Assembly: GCA_963677485.1 (NCBI GenBank)
Contig: OY781964.1
Coordinates: 3,424,001-3,488,000, forward strand
Direction: 5' to 3'
Source of the DNA: Armatimonadota bacterium
Lineage (GTDB): Bacteria > Armatimonadota > HRBIN16
DNA: 64,000 nucleotides
Part shown: positions 8,495-18,173 of the stretch, one piece after another
How the letters are laid out: each line of letters opens with the position of its first letter
Position numbering within the stretch: position 1 is the stretch's first letter
Made by a program: the position numbers and the translations under genes
Notes under the pieces: model-generated
What the model saw: only the letters and a program-made list of their open reading frames with translations
Databases searched by the model: none
Told to the model about the DNA's origin: nothing

Positions 8495-11248
8495 ATGCGA
8501 TATATTGCCCACCTTGCCACCATACTGGCGGCTGCTACTCTCTTCCAACTAAGCGCACAGGCGGTGACGCTGTATGTCAGCCCAACCGGGCGCGACACCT
8601 GGAGCGGGGATATTCCTGCCCCTAATAAGGAGCAGACCGACGGTCCGCTGGCCAGTATGGACGGGGCCCGCAAGCGCATCAACCAGATCAAACCGCTGAA
8701 GATCATGCGCACACCGGTGGACGTGCAGTTTGCCTCAGGCCGGTACCCGGTGCTCAAACCAATCGAGTTCCACAGCGGCGATACCGGGTATATTGACATG
8801 CCCATTACCTATCGGGCGGCCAAAGGGGCCACGGTCTGGTTCGATGGGGGGCAGCGCATTAAGGGCTTCACTGTGGGCAAGGATGGCGTCTGGCGGATCA
8901 AGCTGCCTCAGGTGGCGGCTGGCAAGTGGTATTTCGAGCAGCTCTGGGTGAATGGGCAGCGCGCCATGCGTGCCCGAACGCCCAACAACAGCACTCTGCG
9001 GTTGAAATATACGCCCACCGATGATGGCGGGAGCACTAACTGGGTGCCGCTAAAGCCTGTGGATGCTGAGCCGCTGAAAGGGCTTTCGCCCCAGGAACTG
9101 CTGGATACCCAGATTGTGGTCTATGAAAGCTGGGAGCGGTCCAGGCATCGCATTACCAGCATTGATGCGGACAGTATCGCGCACCTCACCAACCGACCAG
9201 CCAACCCCTTTACTTACTCCGGTCCCAACGCGCGGTATCACTACGAAAACGCGCGCGTCTGCCTGGATAAGCCCGGGGAGTGGTTCTTAGGTCGTGACGG
9301 TGTGCTGAGCTATATTCCGCTGAAGGGACAGAAGCCCTCCAATACCGAAGTGGTGGCCCCGGTCACCGATGGGTTTATTTCACTTAAGGGTGACCGTGAG
9401 AAGGGCGAGATCATCAGTTTGATCAGCTTTGAAGGGTTGAAGTTCGCCCATTCGCAGTGGATCACCCCTGAGCAGGGATACGCCGATGCGCAAGCCGCGT
9501 TCAACGTGCCTGCCGTGATCACGGTTGACGGCTGTGAGAATGTGAACTTCCGCGATTGCGAGATATCGCACATAGGCACTTACGGCATATGGGTCCGGCA
9601 GGGAAACAAGAACTGCCTGGTGCAGAAGAACTACATTCACGATATGGGCGCCGGCGGTGTACGCATAGGCGTGGCGACTGTGCCGTTGGGCGGTTATGTG
9701 GAAGATGACAGCGACGGTAGTGTGGCATCTGGCACACAGAAGGTCTCGCGAAGCGCCGCCACTTCACGCATCACAGTGGATAACAACATCATCCGCGAGG
9801 GTGGTTTAATCCATATGGATGCGGTGGGTGTATGGGTTGGTGAGTGCGGCAATAACCGCATCACGCACAATGAAATCGCTGATATGTATTACACCGGCAT
9901 CAGCGTGGGATGGGTGTGGGGATACGGCCCCACCGCCACGGTGAACAACCTGGTAGAAGATAACCACATACACCACATCGGTAAGGGCGTGTTGAGTGAT
10001 ATGGCGGGTATCTATACGCTGGGAAACGCGCCGGGAAGTATCAACAGGGGGAATCGCATCCATGACATCCGCCGGTTTACATACGGCGCCAGCGGTATCT
10101 ACCCTGACGAAGGCAGCAGCGGCTGGCTGATCGAAAACAATGTTTGTTACGACACCGATGATGGCGGGTTGTTCCATCACTACGGTAAGGAGAACAGGGT
10201 CAGGAACAACATATTTGTCGACTCCGCCTATACTCAGGTCTATCTCGCCCGGCCGGAGCAGCATCGCTCGTTCTGGTTTGAAAACAACATCGTGAGTTAT
10301 ACCCAGGGGGCTTTGCTCAGCGCCAGCACGCCGCAAGCCGTGGTCACGTTTGATAACAACCTCTACTGGAACCGGCTGAAGCAGCCGCTTCAATGTGGGC
10401 CATTGAGTTTCGACGCATGGCAGGCCAAAGGACAGGACAAAAACTCGATCGTGGCTGACCCGCTGTTTGTGAATGTGGAGAAGCGTGACTTCCGGCTGAA
10501 GCCAAACTCACCAGCGCTCAAAGTCGGGTTCAAGCCCTTCCCGCTGGACCAAGCTGGCGTTTATGGCGACAAAGCCTGGGTAAAGCTGGCCGCGAATGGT
10601 CCGAAGCCGGTGTCAGAGCTGAGCGGTGATCAGGTGCAGACGGTCTCAACGGTCGTGCCTAACCCCATCAAGGAGAGTTTCGACAGTAACGGACCCACCG
10701 CCACGCCACCCGGTGCAGAACTCAACACGGAAGGCAAGACAGAGCTGATTACCGTCAGCAGCAACGAGGCCCACTCAGGGAACAAGAGCGTGAAGATCAC
10801 CGATGCCCCAGGATTGACCAATAATTTCGATCCGCACCTGGTGTATCACCCCAACCTCAGAGACGCTGTGGTGGCTTGCCGATACGCGCTGTTCATCGAT
10901 GAGAGAACCGACTTTATGGTGGAGTGGCGTGACTGGCTGACCAACCCTTCGCAATACATCACGGGCCCGCTGCTGTCTATCAAACAAGGCAAGCTCGCCG
11001 GAAGTGTGGTCGCGGACATCCCTTACCGACAGTGGGTGGTGATTGAGATGCGTGCCGGTGTGGGTAAACGCTACACCAAAAGCTGGGATCTGACGGTGAC
11101 TCTGCCCGGAGCGAAGCCGCAAACTTATGCCAACATCCCATGCACCGCTCCAACGCTGCCGATAGTGAGTTGGGTGGGGTTCATCAGCAATGCGACCGAG
11201 GCGACCGATGTGTATTTGGACGACCTCACTATCGACAAGCTGAAATAA
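8495..11248 (+). CDS. secreted right-handed beta-helix glycan-active enzyme (GH141-like) with C-terminal beta-sandwich domain
   Basis: Signal peptide, LYVSPTG, LDKPGEW, SDMAGIYTLG, GIYPDEGSS; paralog of the interrupted gene. Confidence 0.8.
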   Translation: MRYIAHLATILAAATLFQLSAQAVTLYVSPTGRDTWSGDIPAPNKEQTDGPLASMDGARKRINQIKPLKIMRTPVDVQFASGRYPVLKPIEFHSGDTGYIDMPITYRAAKGATVWFDGGQRIKGFTVGKDGVWRIKLPQVAAGKWYFEQLWVNGQRAMRARTPNNSTLRLKYTPTDDGGSTNWVPLKPVDAEPLKGLSPQELLDTQIVVYESWERSRHRITSIDADSIAHLTNRPANPFTYSGPNARYHYENARVCLDKPGEWFLGRDGVLSYIPLKGQKPSNTEVVAPVTDGFISLKGDREKGEIISLISFEGLKFAHSQWITPEQGYADAQAAFNVPAVITVDGCENVNFRDCEISHIGTYGIWVRQGNKNCLVQKNYIHDMGAGGVRIGVATVPLGGYVEDDSDGSVASGTQKVSRSAATSRITVDNNIIREGGLIHMDAVGVWVGECGNNRITHNEIADMYYTGISVGWVWGYGPTATVNNLVEDNHIHHIGKGVLSDMAGIYTLGNAPGSINRGNRIHDIRRFTYGASGIYPDEGSSGWLIENNVCYDTDDGGLFHHYGKENRVRNNIFVDSAYTQVYLARPEQHRSFWFENNIVSYTQGALLSASTPQAVVTFDNNLYWNRLKQPLQCGPLSFDAWQAKGQDKNSIVADPLFVNVEKRDFRLKPNSPALKVGFKPFPLDQAGVYGDKAWVKLAANGPKPVSELSGDQVQTVSTVVPNPIKESFDSNGPTATPPGAELNTEGKTELITVSSNEAHSGNKSVKITDAPGLTNNFDPHLVYHPNLRDAVVACRYALFIDERTDFMVEWRDWLTNPSQYITGPLLSIKQGKLAGSVVADIPYRQWVVIEMRAGVGKRYTKSWDLTVTLPGAKPQTYANIPCTAPTLPIVSWVGFISNATEATDVYLDDLTIDKLK

Positions 11249-11251
11249 CCA

Positions 11252-12496
11252 ATGATAAACATGCGGGAGTTTCAAATTGGGGCCTGGCACGGCCTGGGCT
11301 ATGGGCGGATGAACGAAAGAACGGTTCGTGAGGTGAAGGAGGCTGGTTTCACGCTGATCATGCCGCCAGGACCGTGGGAATACCGGCCGAAGGGTGTTAG
11401 TTATGTGCCGGGTAACCGCCAACTGCTTGACCTCTGCCAAAAGATGGGCATCAAGGCGCTGTTGTTTGATATCCGCATCGAAGAGGCCTTTTGGGGGTCG
11501 CTGCCAGTGGAGAAGGTTCTCGAAGCGGTGCAGGACTACCGCAGCCACCCGGCTCTGTATGGCTATTATCTGACCGATGAGCCGTCACGGAAGTCCTTTG
11601 AGCATGTGGCCGATATGGTGAGGCTGAGTCGCCAGGGTGACCCAAACCATCTGCCGATGGTGAACATCCTGCCCACCTACGGCGGACCTGTCCTCGGCAC
11701 CGCTACCTACCAGCAGTATGTGCGCCAGTATATCGAGGTGGTCAAACCCGATATGGTGTGCTACGACAACTACCACTGGTTTATCGACCCCAAGGCCCCT
11801 CCCATGCCCAACGATCAGGGGGAGGAGGCCTTGCAGCGCTGGATGGAGCTCTGGGGGAACAAGGCCTCAGGGTTTGATGCGCCTGGCTACATCACCAACC
11901 TGGAGATCGTGCGCGATGAGTGCCTGCGCGCGAAACTACCCATGTGGGTGACGGCGCAGCTTGTGCCTCAGGGTAACTGCCGCGACCCCAGACCGGCGGA
12001 ATTGCGCTGGGACGCCTATCATGCGCTGGCTTACGGCGCGAAGGGGATGTTGTGGTACAACTTCTGCACACCACCTAAGGATCAGTATAACTACCGCGAT
12101 GCCTGCCTGGACAGGGATGGCCAGCGCACGCACAACTATTACGAGATCGCCGAAATCAATAAAGAGATCATGCCGATCGGTCAGGTGCTGGCCCGCCTGG
12201 ACAGCACCCACGTGATGCATGTGGGCAAGGAGAGCGAGCCGGTCAAGCCGTTTAAGCCTACGGTGCCGCTGCTGTCCGTTCAGGGCGAATCGCTGACTGT
12301 GGGCATGTTCACGAAGGGTCACCTGATGGTGGTCAACAAGCTGCGCGACCGCGGTGCCTCCGTGCGCTTGGGCCTGAGCAGCGGCTGGCAGTTGGAGCGG
12401 TATGATGGGGCCACGCGGCGATTCGTGGCGATGCGCGGCACGGGCTTCGAGCTGCCTGCCTCCGGCGCGCAGCTTCTGCGCATGGTGCGGGGGTAG
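11252..12496 (+). CDS. putative clan-A TIM-barrel glycoside hydrolase
   Basis: HPALYGYYLTDEP and ALAYGAKG motifs. Confidence 0.6.
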   Translation: MINMREFQIGAWHGLGYGRMNERTVREVKEAGFTLIMPPGPWEYRPKGVSYVPGNRQLLDLCQKMGIKALLFDIRIEEAFWGSLPVEKVLEAVQDYRSHPALYGYYLTDEPSRKSFEHVADMVRLSRQGDPNHLPMVNILPTYGGPVLGTATYQQYVRQYIEVVKPDMVCYDNYHWFIDPKAPPMPNDQGEEALQRWMELWGNKASGFDAPGYITNLEIVRDECLRAKLPMWVTAQLVPQGNCRDPRPAELRWDAYHALAYGAKGMLWYNFCTPPKDQYNYRDACLDRDGQRTHNYYEIAEINKEIMPIGQVLARLDSTHVMHVGKESEPVKPFKPTVPLLSVQGESLTVGMFTKGHLMVVNKLRDRGASVRLGLSSGWQLERYDGATRRFVAMRGTGFELPASGAQLLRMVRG

Positions 12497-12504
12497 GGAT
12501 GTGT

Positions 12505-12824
12505 CACGCGGAGACGCGGAGGACGCGGAGAGCGATACATTTTAACGCCAAGGTGCAAGGATGCAAAGGCGCAGAGGGGATTGTAGGGGCATCGCGTGCG
12601 GTGCCCATGTGATTGTCTGAACCACGGATTACGCGGATGGAACGGATGACACGGATGGGGAGGGACGTGCCAATCGGGAGATTGGCATTTGCTGGAACGC
12701 GCGTACTAGGGGCAACCCCCCGTGGTTGCCCCATCACCCGGTGTCGGCCCTATCTCCTGGTGCTTGCCCTATCACCCGTTGTCGGCCCCATCACCTCCTG
12801 CACCGGCCCCATCACCCGGTGCCA
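12505..12824. repeat. composite cluster of short repeats, REP-like palindromes and a 19-21 bp tandem array
   Basis: ACGCGGAG x3; CGGAT x4; GTAGGGGC..GCCC hairpins; TGCCAATCGGGAGATTGGCA; five GCCCYATCWCC units at 12728, 12747, 12766, 12785, 12806. Confidence 0.8.
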
Positions 12825-12853
12825 CCCAACGCCAATCCGTCCGCCTCAATGCG

Positions 12854-13582
12854 TCACTGCAGGTCGTAGGCGCTGTCGTCGTCGCTGAGGTCCGCCAGGT
12901 CGGGGGCTTCGGTGCGCGGGTGGTATTTGGCCTTGGCGGCTTTCGTATGACCGTCACAATAGGCCACGGTGGCGGTGCCAAGATGCCGGAAATGCACATT
13001 GGGGCCTGTGTAGCCGTAGAAGACATCCAGCGGGGCCCGCAGATAGTTATTGCCCGCACGGGAACCGCCGCTTAACATTGCACTGTCAGCCATCAGCACC
13101 GTGTCAGAGGGCTGGGTGATGGCACTCTCCGTGGCGGGTAGACGGAACTCCGGCGGGTCGGGTATACAGCCGATATAACTGGTGTTGTAGGCATAACCGG
13201 TGTAGGGGCGTCCCCATTGTTCCTTGATCTCGTTGGCCGGGCAACTGCTTACTGCGTTGCTTTTGGTGTAGGCACCGATCAGACCGGGCTGCAGCTTAAC
13301 GACCTTATACTGCTGGTTCCAGGTGATGGTGTAATCCCAGGCGGTCTCCACCGTGTAGTCGGTGTTGTAGTAGACCGCCATCGGGTAGGTCTCATCGTAA
13401 TCCTGGTTATACATGCGGAAACCTAGTGCGGTTTGCTTCAGATTGCTCAAGCAGGTAGTCTGCTGCGCTTTGAGCCTGGCTTGCGCGAACACAGGGAACA
13501 AGATGGCGGCCAGTATCGCGATGATGGCGATGACCACGAGCAGTTCAATGAGGGTAAAAGCCTTGTGGGCGCGGTGATGCAT
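12854..13582 (-). CDS. prepilin-type N-terminal cleavage/methylation protein, DUF1559-like with H-X9-DG motif
   Basis: [36 protein letters not shown]; C-terminal [14 protein letters not shown]. Confidence 0.92.
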   Translation of the reverse strand: MHHRAHKAFTLIELLVVIAIIAILAAILFPVFAQARLKAQQTTCLSNLKQTALGFRMYNQDYDETYPMAVYYNTDYTVETAWDYTITWNQQYKVVKLQPGLIGAYTKSNAVSSCPANEIKEQWGRPYTGYAYNTSYIGCIPDPPEFRLPATESAITQPSDTVLMADSAMLSGGSRAGNNYLRAPLDVFYGYTGPNVHFRHLGTATVAYCDGHTKAAKAKYHPRTEAPDLADLSDDDSAYDLQ

Positions 13583-13634
13583 CAACAGATATACCCCTTT
13601 TTCCACGAAGAGTCCGTGCTATGACGGTGTGTTT

Positions 13635-13735
13635 CGGCATCCGGGCACTCGGGCTTATCTCGCAAGAGATACACCGTAGCGGGCCTGCAGCGGATTCTCA
13701 CCGCTTTCCCCCGGTCAACGCAATTGCGTATGCCA
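13635..13735 (-). ncRNA. cobalamin riboswitch
   Basis: Minus strand reads GGCAT-ACGCAATTGCGT-..CCGGGGGAAAGCGGTGAGAATCCGCTGCAGGCCCGCTACGGTG..AAGCCCGAGTGCCCGG-ATGCC: GGGAA, T-loop-like GGTGAGAATCC, CCCG and B12-box AAGCCCGA, with closing stems. Confidence 0.85.
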
Positions 13736-13743
13736 CTCGATTC

Positions 13744-13772
13744 ATTTTATGGTGATTAGCGTCGGCTGTCAA
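13744..13772 (-). promoter_or_regulatory. sigma70 promoter directly upstream of the riboswitch
   Basis: TTGACA-17 bp-TAAAAT on minus strand. Confidence 0.75.
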
Positions 13773-14018
13773 ACGGAGGGGGTAGATGGCTCAGATTTGG
13801 GTGGATGTGGGTTACGGCGAAAGCACGATATTCGGCGTGATGGTCCATTTTACCGAGACATAAATGTCAGTCTATTGCCCACAAATATTGCATGACCAGT
13901 AGGCCACCGGTTCCGAGACATTGATGTCGCGGTATAGGGCGTGAGGGCTTCCGGTATAAATCGGGGCTATAAACTGTTAGGCGCATTCCACCGCTATCTC
14001 CACCCGGTCACGGAGCCG

Positions 14019-15299
14019 TTAATCTCCGGCTTTGTTTCGTGCGCGTGCGGGCTTGATGCTGGCGTTGAACCTTCTGGGTGTGGCTCCCTTTGGCGGGCGA
14101 GGCCACAGAACTGCCCTGAAGAACACCGCGAAACCAAACACCCCGATGATGAGGTTGCGGCGGGCGGTGTTGGGGTAGACATCCTCAGCGGTGACGGCCG
14201 CTACGGTGTAAAGCAGCTTACCATCAACGCTTACCTGAAGCTCACCCATCTGTTCGCCTTTTTTAACCGGTAGTTTGGGCTTATCTGTGGTGAGGCTTGT
14301 TGTGACCCTTCCATGCTCACCTTTTGGCAGCACCACGCGAACCTCCGCGGCAGTGACCAGAGGCACCGGCTTACCAAAGACCCCCAGCGCGGGTATCGTC
14401 TCCAGCGGCTTTCCGGCAGGCATCACCTGCGTCGGTTCGTAACGTGCGAAAGCCCAGTCCGCTATCGCTTGCGTATCGGCAGTGAAGCAGTGCGACTTCA
14501 TCACCACGGTAATCAGGCGCCATCCGTTGCGGGTGATCGAGCCCGTCAGGCAGTTACCGGCTTGTTTGGTATATCCCGTTTTGATACCGTCACAGCCGGC
14601 AACCGCCCATAGCGCCTTGTTCAGGTTCTTCAGCGCAAGGTCTTTTTGGTTGATGCTGCGCACCATGACATGGTGTTTGGTGGCCACGATCTCATTGAAC
14701 AGCGGGTGTTTGATGCATTCCGAGGCGATGAGCGCCAGGTCATGGGGCGTGCTATGGTGTCCGGCCTGTTCCAACCCATGCGGGTTCATGAAGTGCGTGC
14801 CCGTGCATCCCAGCTCTTTCGCTCGTTTGTTCATCTCAGCCACGAAAGCTGCCACGTTACCTTTGAGTGCTTCGGCAGCGGTCACACAGCCATCATTCGA
14901 GCTGCGCATCAGGATGGCATACAGCATCTCTCTGAGGCTGAACTTCTCGCCAGGCTTCATGTTCAACGATGCGAATTTCATAGCGATAGCACGGGGGCTG
15001 GCGGTGATGACCATGTCCGGCTTTGCCTGCTCCATGAGAATCAGGGCTGTCATCATTTTAGTTGTGCTGGCGTTGGGCCTGGACTGGTCGGCGTTTTTAC
15101 TCCACAGCACCTGCTTGCTGACGGGGTCCATCACAATGGCGGCCTCGGCATCCACCACGGGGCAGTTGGCGGGCTGTATGATGGGGGTAGGACTGATTCC
15201 AGGCGTCAGACCTCGTGTTTGTGCATCAAGATGAGTACTCAGGTTAGAAATAAGTGCTGATACGATGGCGAGTATATATAAATGACGGCGAAAGTTCAT
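14019..15299 (-). CDS. D-alanyl-D-alanine carboxypeptidase (peptidase S11, PBP5-like)
   Basis: ASTTK (SxxK), SSND (SxN), KTG motifs, C-terminal anchor; start taken at MNFRR. Confidence 0.9.
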   Translation of the reverse strand: MNFRRHLYILAIVSALISNLSTHLDAQTRGLTPGISPTPIIQPANCPVVDAEAAIVMDPVSKQVLWSKNADQSRPNASTTKMMTALILMEQAKPDMVITASPRAIAMKFASLNMKPGEKFSLREMLYAILMRSSNDGCVTAAEALKGNVAAFVAEMNKRAKELGCTGTHFMNPHGLEQAGHHSTPHDLALIASECIKHPLFNEIVATKHHVMVRSINQKDLALKNLNKALWAVAGCDGIKTGYTKQAGNCLTGSITRNGWRLITVVMKSHCFTADTQAIADWAFARYEPTQVMPAGKPLETIPALGVFGKPVPLVTAAEVRVVLPKGEHGRVTTSLTTDKPKLPVKKGEQMGELQVSVDGKLLYTVAAVTAEDVYPNTARRNLIIGVFGFAVFFRAVLWPRPPKGATPRRFNASIKPARARNKAGD

Positions 15300-15318
15300 A
15301 GTAATTGGCCTTGTAAGT

Positions 15319-15897
15319 TTACTCAACGGTCTCAGCCTCCTGTTCCGCAGGAAGGGCTTCTTCGACGGGGGCAACCAGGGTGCTGAACTGGTCGATATCG
15401 GGTAATTCGCTGATGTCGTTCAATCCGAAGTAGTGCAGAAATTGCCGTGTGGTGGCATAAAGCGTCGGCCGGCCCGGGGTGTTCTTCTTACCGCACTCTT
15501 CGATGAGCCGCTTCTGCGCCAGTTTACGCACGACCGCGTCACTCTGCACACCGCGCACCTGCTCGATTTCGGGAATGGTAACCGGCTGCCGGTAAGCGAT
15601 GATGGCCATGACTTCAAGCTGAGCACGGGTCATGCGGTTTTGGTTGGGGTTGAGGTATTTCGCGATGATCTCGCTATAGCTGCCTTTGGTGCAGAGCTGA
15701 TAACCACCAGCTAGTTGCACCACGTGAAGACCGCTGTATGCACATCGCGCCGATAGCAACTGCAGTCCTTCTTCTATCTGCTCACGATCTAGTTCCAACA
15801 GTTTCATCAGGTCAAGAATTTGGACAGGCTCATTGCTGACAAACAGCAGGCATTCCAGCAGTTCACTGAGTGCCTGGGTGTCATTCTGAAAACTCAA
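15319..15897 (-). CDS. scpB: SMC-Scp complex subunit ScpB
   Basis: LEVMAIIAYRQPVT, GRPTLYATTRQFLHYFGL. Confidence 0.95.
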   Translation of the reverse strand: MSFQNDTQALSELLECLLFVSNEPVQILDLMKLLELDREQIEEGLQLLSARCAYSGLHVVQLAGGYQLCTKGSYSEIIAKYLNPNQNRMTRAQLEVMAIIAYRQPVTIPEIEQVRGVQSDAVVRKLAQKRLIEECGKKNTPGRPTLYATTRQFLHYFGLNDISELPDIDQFSTLVAPVEEALPAEQEAETVE

Positions 15898-16661
15898 TCT
15901 ATCTCTTCCTCCCGCATCATCAGCTCAATTTCTCCAAATGTATCCCGTTGTTCTACCATCAGTCTGCCTTGCTTTAACAACTCCAGCATACTTAAAAATG
16001 TGATGACCACATCCCATCGGTTATACTTCTCGTCCAGCAGTTCCCGAAACCGAACCCGCTTGCCTTGCCCCGCACTTGAAACACGTCGCCAAACCTCTAC
16101 CATGCGGATGCGCAGCGAGATTCGCTTTTTCGGCACGATGGTGGTGGGTGGGGCCTCGTCCTCCATGGCGTCTGACAGCAGCTTATCCAACGCTCTGGCC
16201 AGCCAGTCGCTGGTCATTTCGCCTTCTTCTAAAGGCAGTTCGTAATCCGCACCAGCATTTTCTGGGTTGCGGAAGAACCACAGCAGCCGGTCCTGTTCCC
16301 AGGCTTTCAGTGTTTCCACTGCCGCCTTATATCTGCCATACTCCTCTAAGCGGGCGGCGAGTTCCGCGCGGGGGTCTTCGAGCTCCTCGTCTTCCTGCAG
16401 TTTTGGAGGTTTCGGCAGCAGAGTGCGTGACTTGATTTCGATGAGTGTGGTGGCCATCACCAGAAAGTCGCTGGCGATCTCCAGGTTCATCTCCTCCATC
16501 ATACGGAGGTATTGTAGATACTGGTCGGTAATCAACGCGATAGGGATATCAGTGATCTCTACCCTGTTTTGGCGTACCAGATGCAGCAACAGGTCCAAAG
16601 GCCCCTCAAACAGCGGTAACTTGAGGCTGATTTGCGAAGAGGCGTGGAGTATGTTGGTCAC
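15894..16661 (-). CDS. scpA: segregation/condensation protein A
   Basis: FEGPLDLLLHL, IKSRTLLP, TFLSMLEL. Confidence 0.95.
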   Translation of the reverse strand: MTNILHASSQISLKLPLFEGPLDLLLHLVRQNRVEITDIPIALITDQYLQYLRMMEEMNLEIASDFLVMATTLIEIKSRTLLPKPPKLQEDEELEDPRAELAARLEEYGRYKAAVETLKAWEQDRLLWFFRNPENAGADYELPLEEGEMTSDWLARALDKLLSDAMEDEAPPTTIVPKKRISLRIRMVEVWRRVSSAGQGKRVRFRELLDEKYNRWDVVITFLSMLELLKQGRLMVEQRDTFGEIELMMREEEID

Positions 16662-16888
16662 TGATCACTCGCCGATGTATAAAGTGTAAGCAAGTTATAT
16701 GGTAACACAGCGCATCGTTTGTGTCGTGACATTACTGTATGGTCAGGCGAAATGTGTTATTCACATGTGTAACAGTGGATGAAATACATTAAGATAGATC
16801 ACAAATTCACCCCAAATGGGGAACAATCCATAGCTCTGAAGAGGTAAACTACATACACACCACAGGATAAAAAAGCTGCCTGTGGACT

Positions 16889-18121
16889 ATGCGAAAGAGG
16901 TACACGGCAATGGGCACCTTTTTGGAGACCAATGACATCGAAGGGCTGCGCGCGGCCCTCAAGCTGGCGTGCCACTGGCTAGTAGACGTAGCTCAGGTAA
17001 AAACCGAAGAGCTTACGTTTGAGAAGAACAAAGCCAGTCACCCCACTTCCAACTGGAAGGGCGCGATCCGTGGGGAATACAGTGTAGCCAGAAAACAGTG
17101 GAGCTTCTTCTGCCCCACGTGGCACACCGGACAAGCTATCAAAGCACTTGTGATGGCTTCTCAGGTTCTCAAGGATCAGAGTCTGCTTGAGGCCGCGATT
17201 TTCAGTGCCGGTTTCATCGAAAACAACCGCATCTCCGACCCCGAACATCCCGATTACGGATTGATCCTTGCTTATGAGGATTTCCCGGATTTAGTCAATA
17301 CTTCAGCGATTCTTGAAGCACTTGACGGACTATTCGTTCTCTCTGCAGTGACTGGCGACACCAAATACCAGCAATGGGCATTGGACGCTCTGACCTGGGT
17401 TATCCGCAGGATGTATCTGCATGGCGAAGGCCTTTTCAGAGACTGGTATGATCCTAAAGATCAAATGGTGGTGGAGAATAATGCTCTCTCACACAGTTTT
17501 CCCGGCCGTCCGCTGATTGATGACGCTATCTTGCTGAAAGCATATGAGATTACAGGAGATGAAGACTTCAAACGGGTATTTTATGAGATTGCAGAACGTC
17601 TGCTTCGCGAAGAAGACCCACCCGGTAACTGGGTGGCGTTTGGCCCCAGTAATCCCATTAAGGGCAGCATACACCCAAGACAGAGCTACTGGTGGGGACG
17701 TCCCATGTTGGCCGCGTATAAGCAAAGTGGTGACCACAGATACCTTAGCTGCTTCGTAAGGGCAGGCGAGTGGTATGCGGGTGCACAGCGCAAAGACGGC
17801 GGGATTCTGCGGGGCACGTACACCAACTTGAAGACTGAGTCTTTCGGTCATGCTACCAGTGCCACCGCGTGTGCAGTGATGGTCTACCTTGATCTGTATA
17901 AACAGACGCATGACCATAAGTGGGTTTCGTTGATCATGCGGGGAATGCGCTATTGCATGAAGATGCAGATGGTAAAGCCTGTTGATCCAAATCTGAAGGG
18001 TTCCATAATCGAGAAAATTAACAAGCCTGATGGCACAGATGACAACCCGTATCACATCCGTGATATCGGATCGATATTCTTCATCCAGGCCGCTTCGGAG
18101 CTACTGTCCGAGCATATCTAG
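16889..18121 (+). CDS. putative six-hairpin (alpha/alpha)6 glycosidase/epimerase-like protein
   Basis: Helical repeats of type xTGDxxY / SGDxxYL; family uncertain. Confidence 0.55.
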   Translation: MRKRYTAMGTFLETNDIEGLRAALKLACHWLVDVAQVKTEELTFEKNKASHPTSNWKGAIRGEYSVARKQWSFFCPTWHTGQAIKALVMASQVLKDQSLLEAAIFSAGFIENNRISDPEHPDYGLILAYEDFPDLVNTSAILEALDGLFVLSAVTGDTKYQQWALDALTWVIRRMYLHGEGLFRDWYDPKDQMVVENNALSHSFPGRPLIDDAILLKAYEITGDEDFKRVFYEIAERLLREEDPPGNWVAFGPSNPIKGSIHPRQSYWWGRPMLAAYKQSGDHRYLSCFVRAGEWYAGAQRKDGGILRGTYTNLKTESFGHATSATACAVMVYLDLYKQTHDHKWVSLIMRGMRYCMKMQMVKPVDPNLKGSIIEKINKPDGTDDNPYHIRDIGSIFFIQAASELLSEHI

Positions 18122-18136
18122 CTAACAGCCAGCCAA

Positions 18137-18171
18137 CGCCGTCCCTCATCAGCCGTGTTTGAGGGACGGTG
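18137..18171. terminator. hairpin between convergent genes
   Basis: CGCCGTCCCTCA / TGAGGGACGGTG. Confidence 0.6.
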
Positions 18172-18173
18172 CT

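Noticed and set aside
12728-12824. Possible mini CRISPR array
   Set aside because: Units are 19-21 bp in tandem with no unique spacers of CRISPR length, and there are no cas genes
16755-16774. Operator-like TGTTATTCACATGTGTAACA upstream of the six-hairpin gene
   Set aside because: Imperfect symmetry, single occurrence and no adjacent regulator
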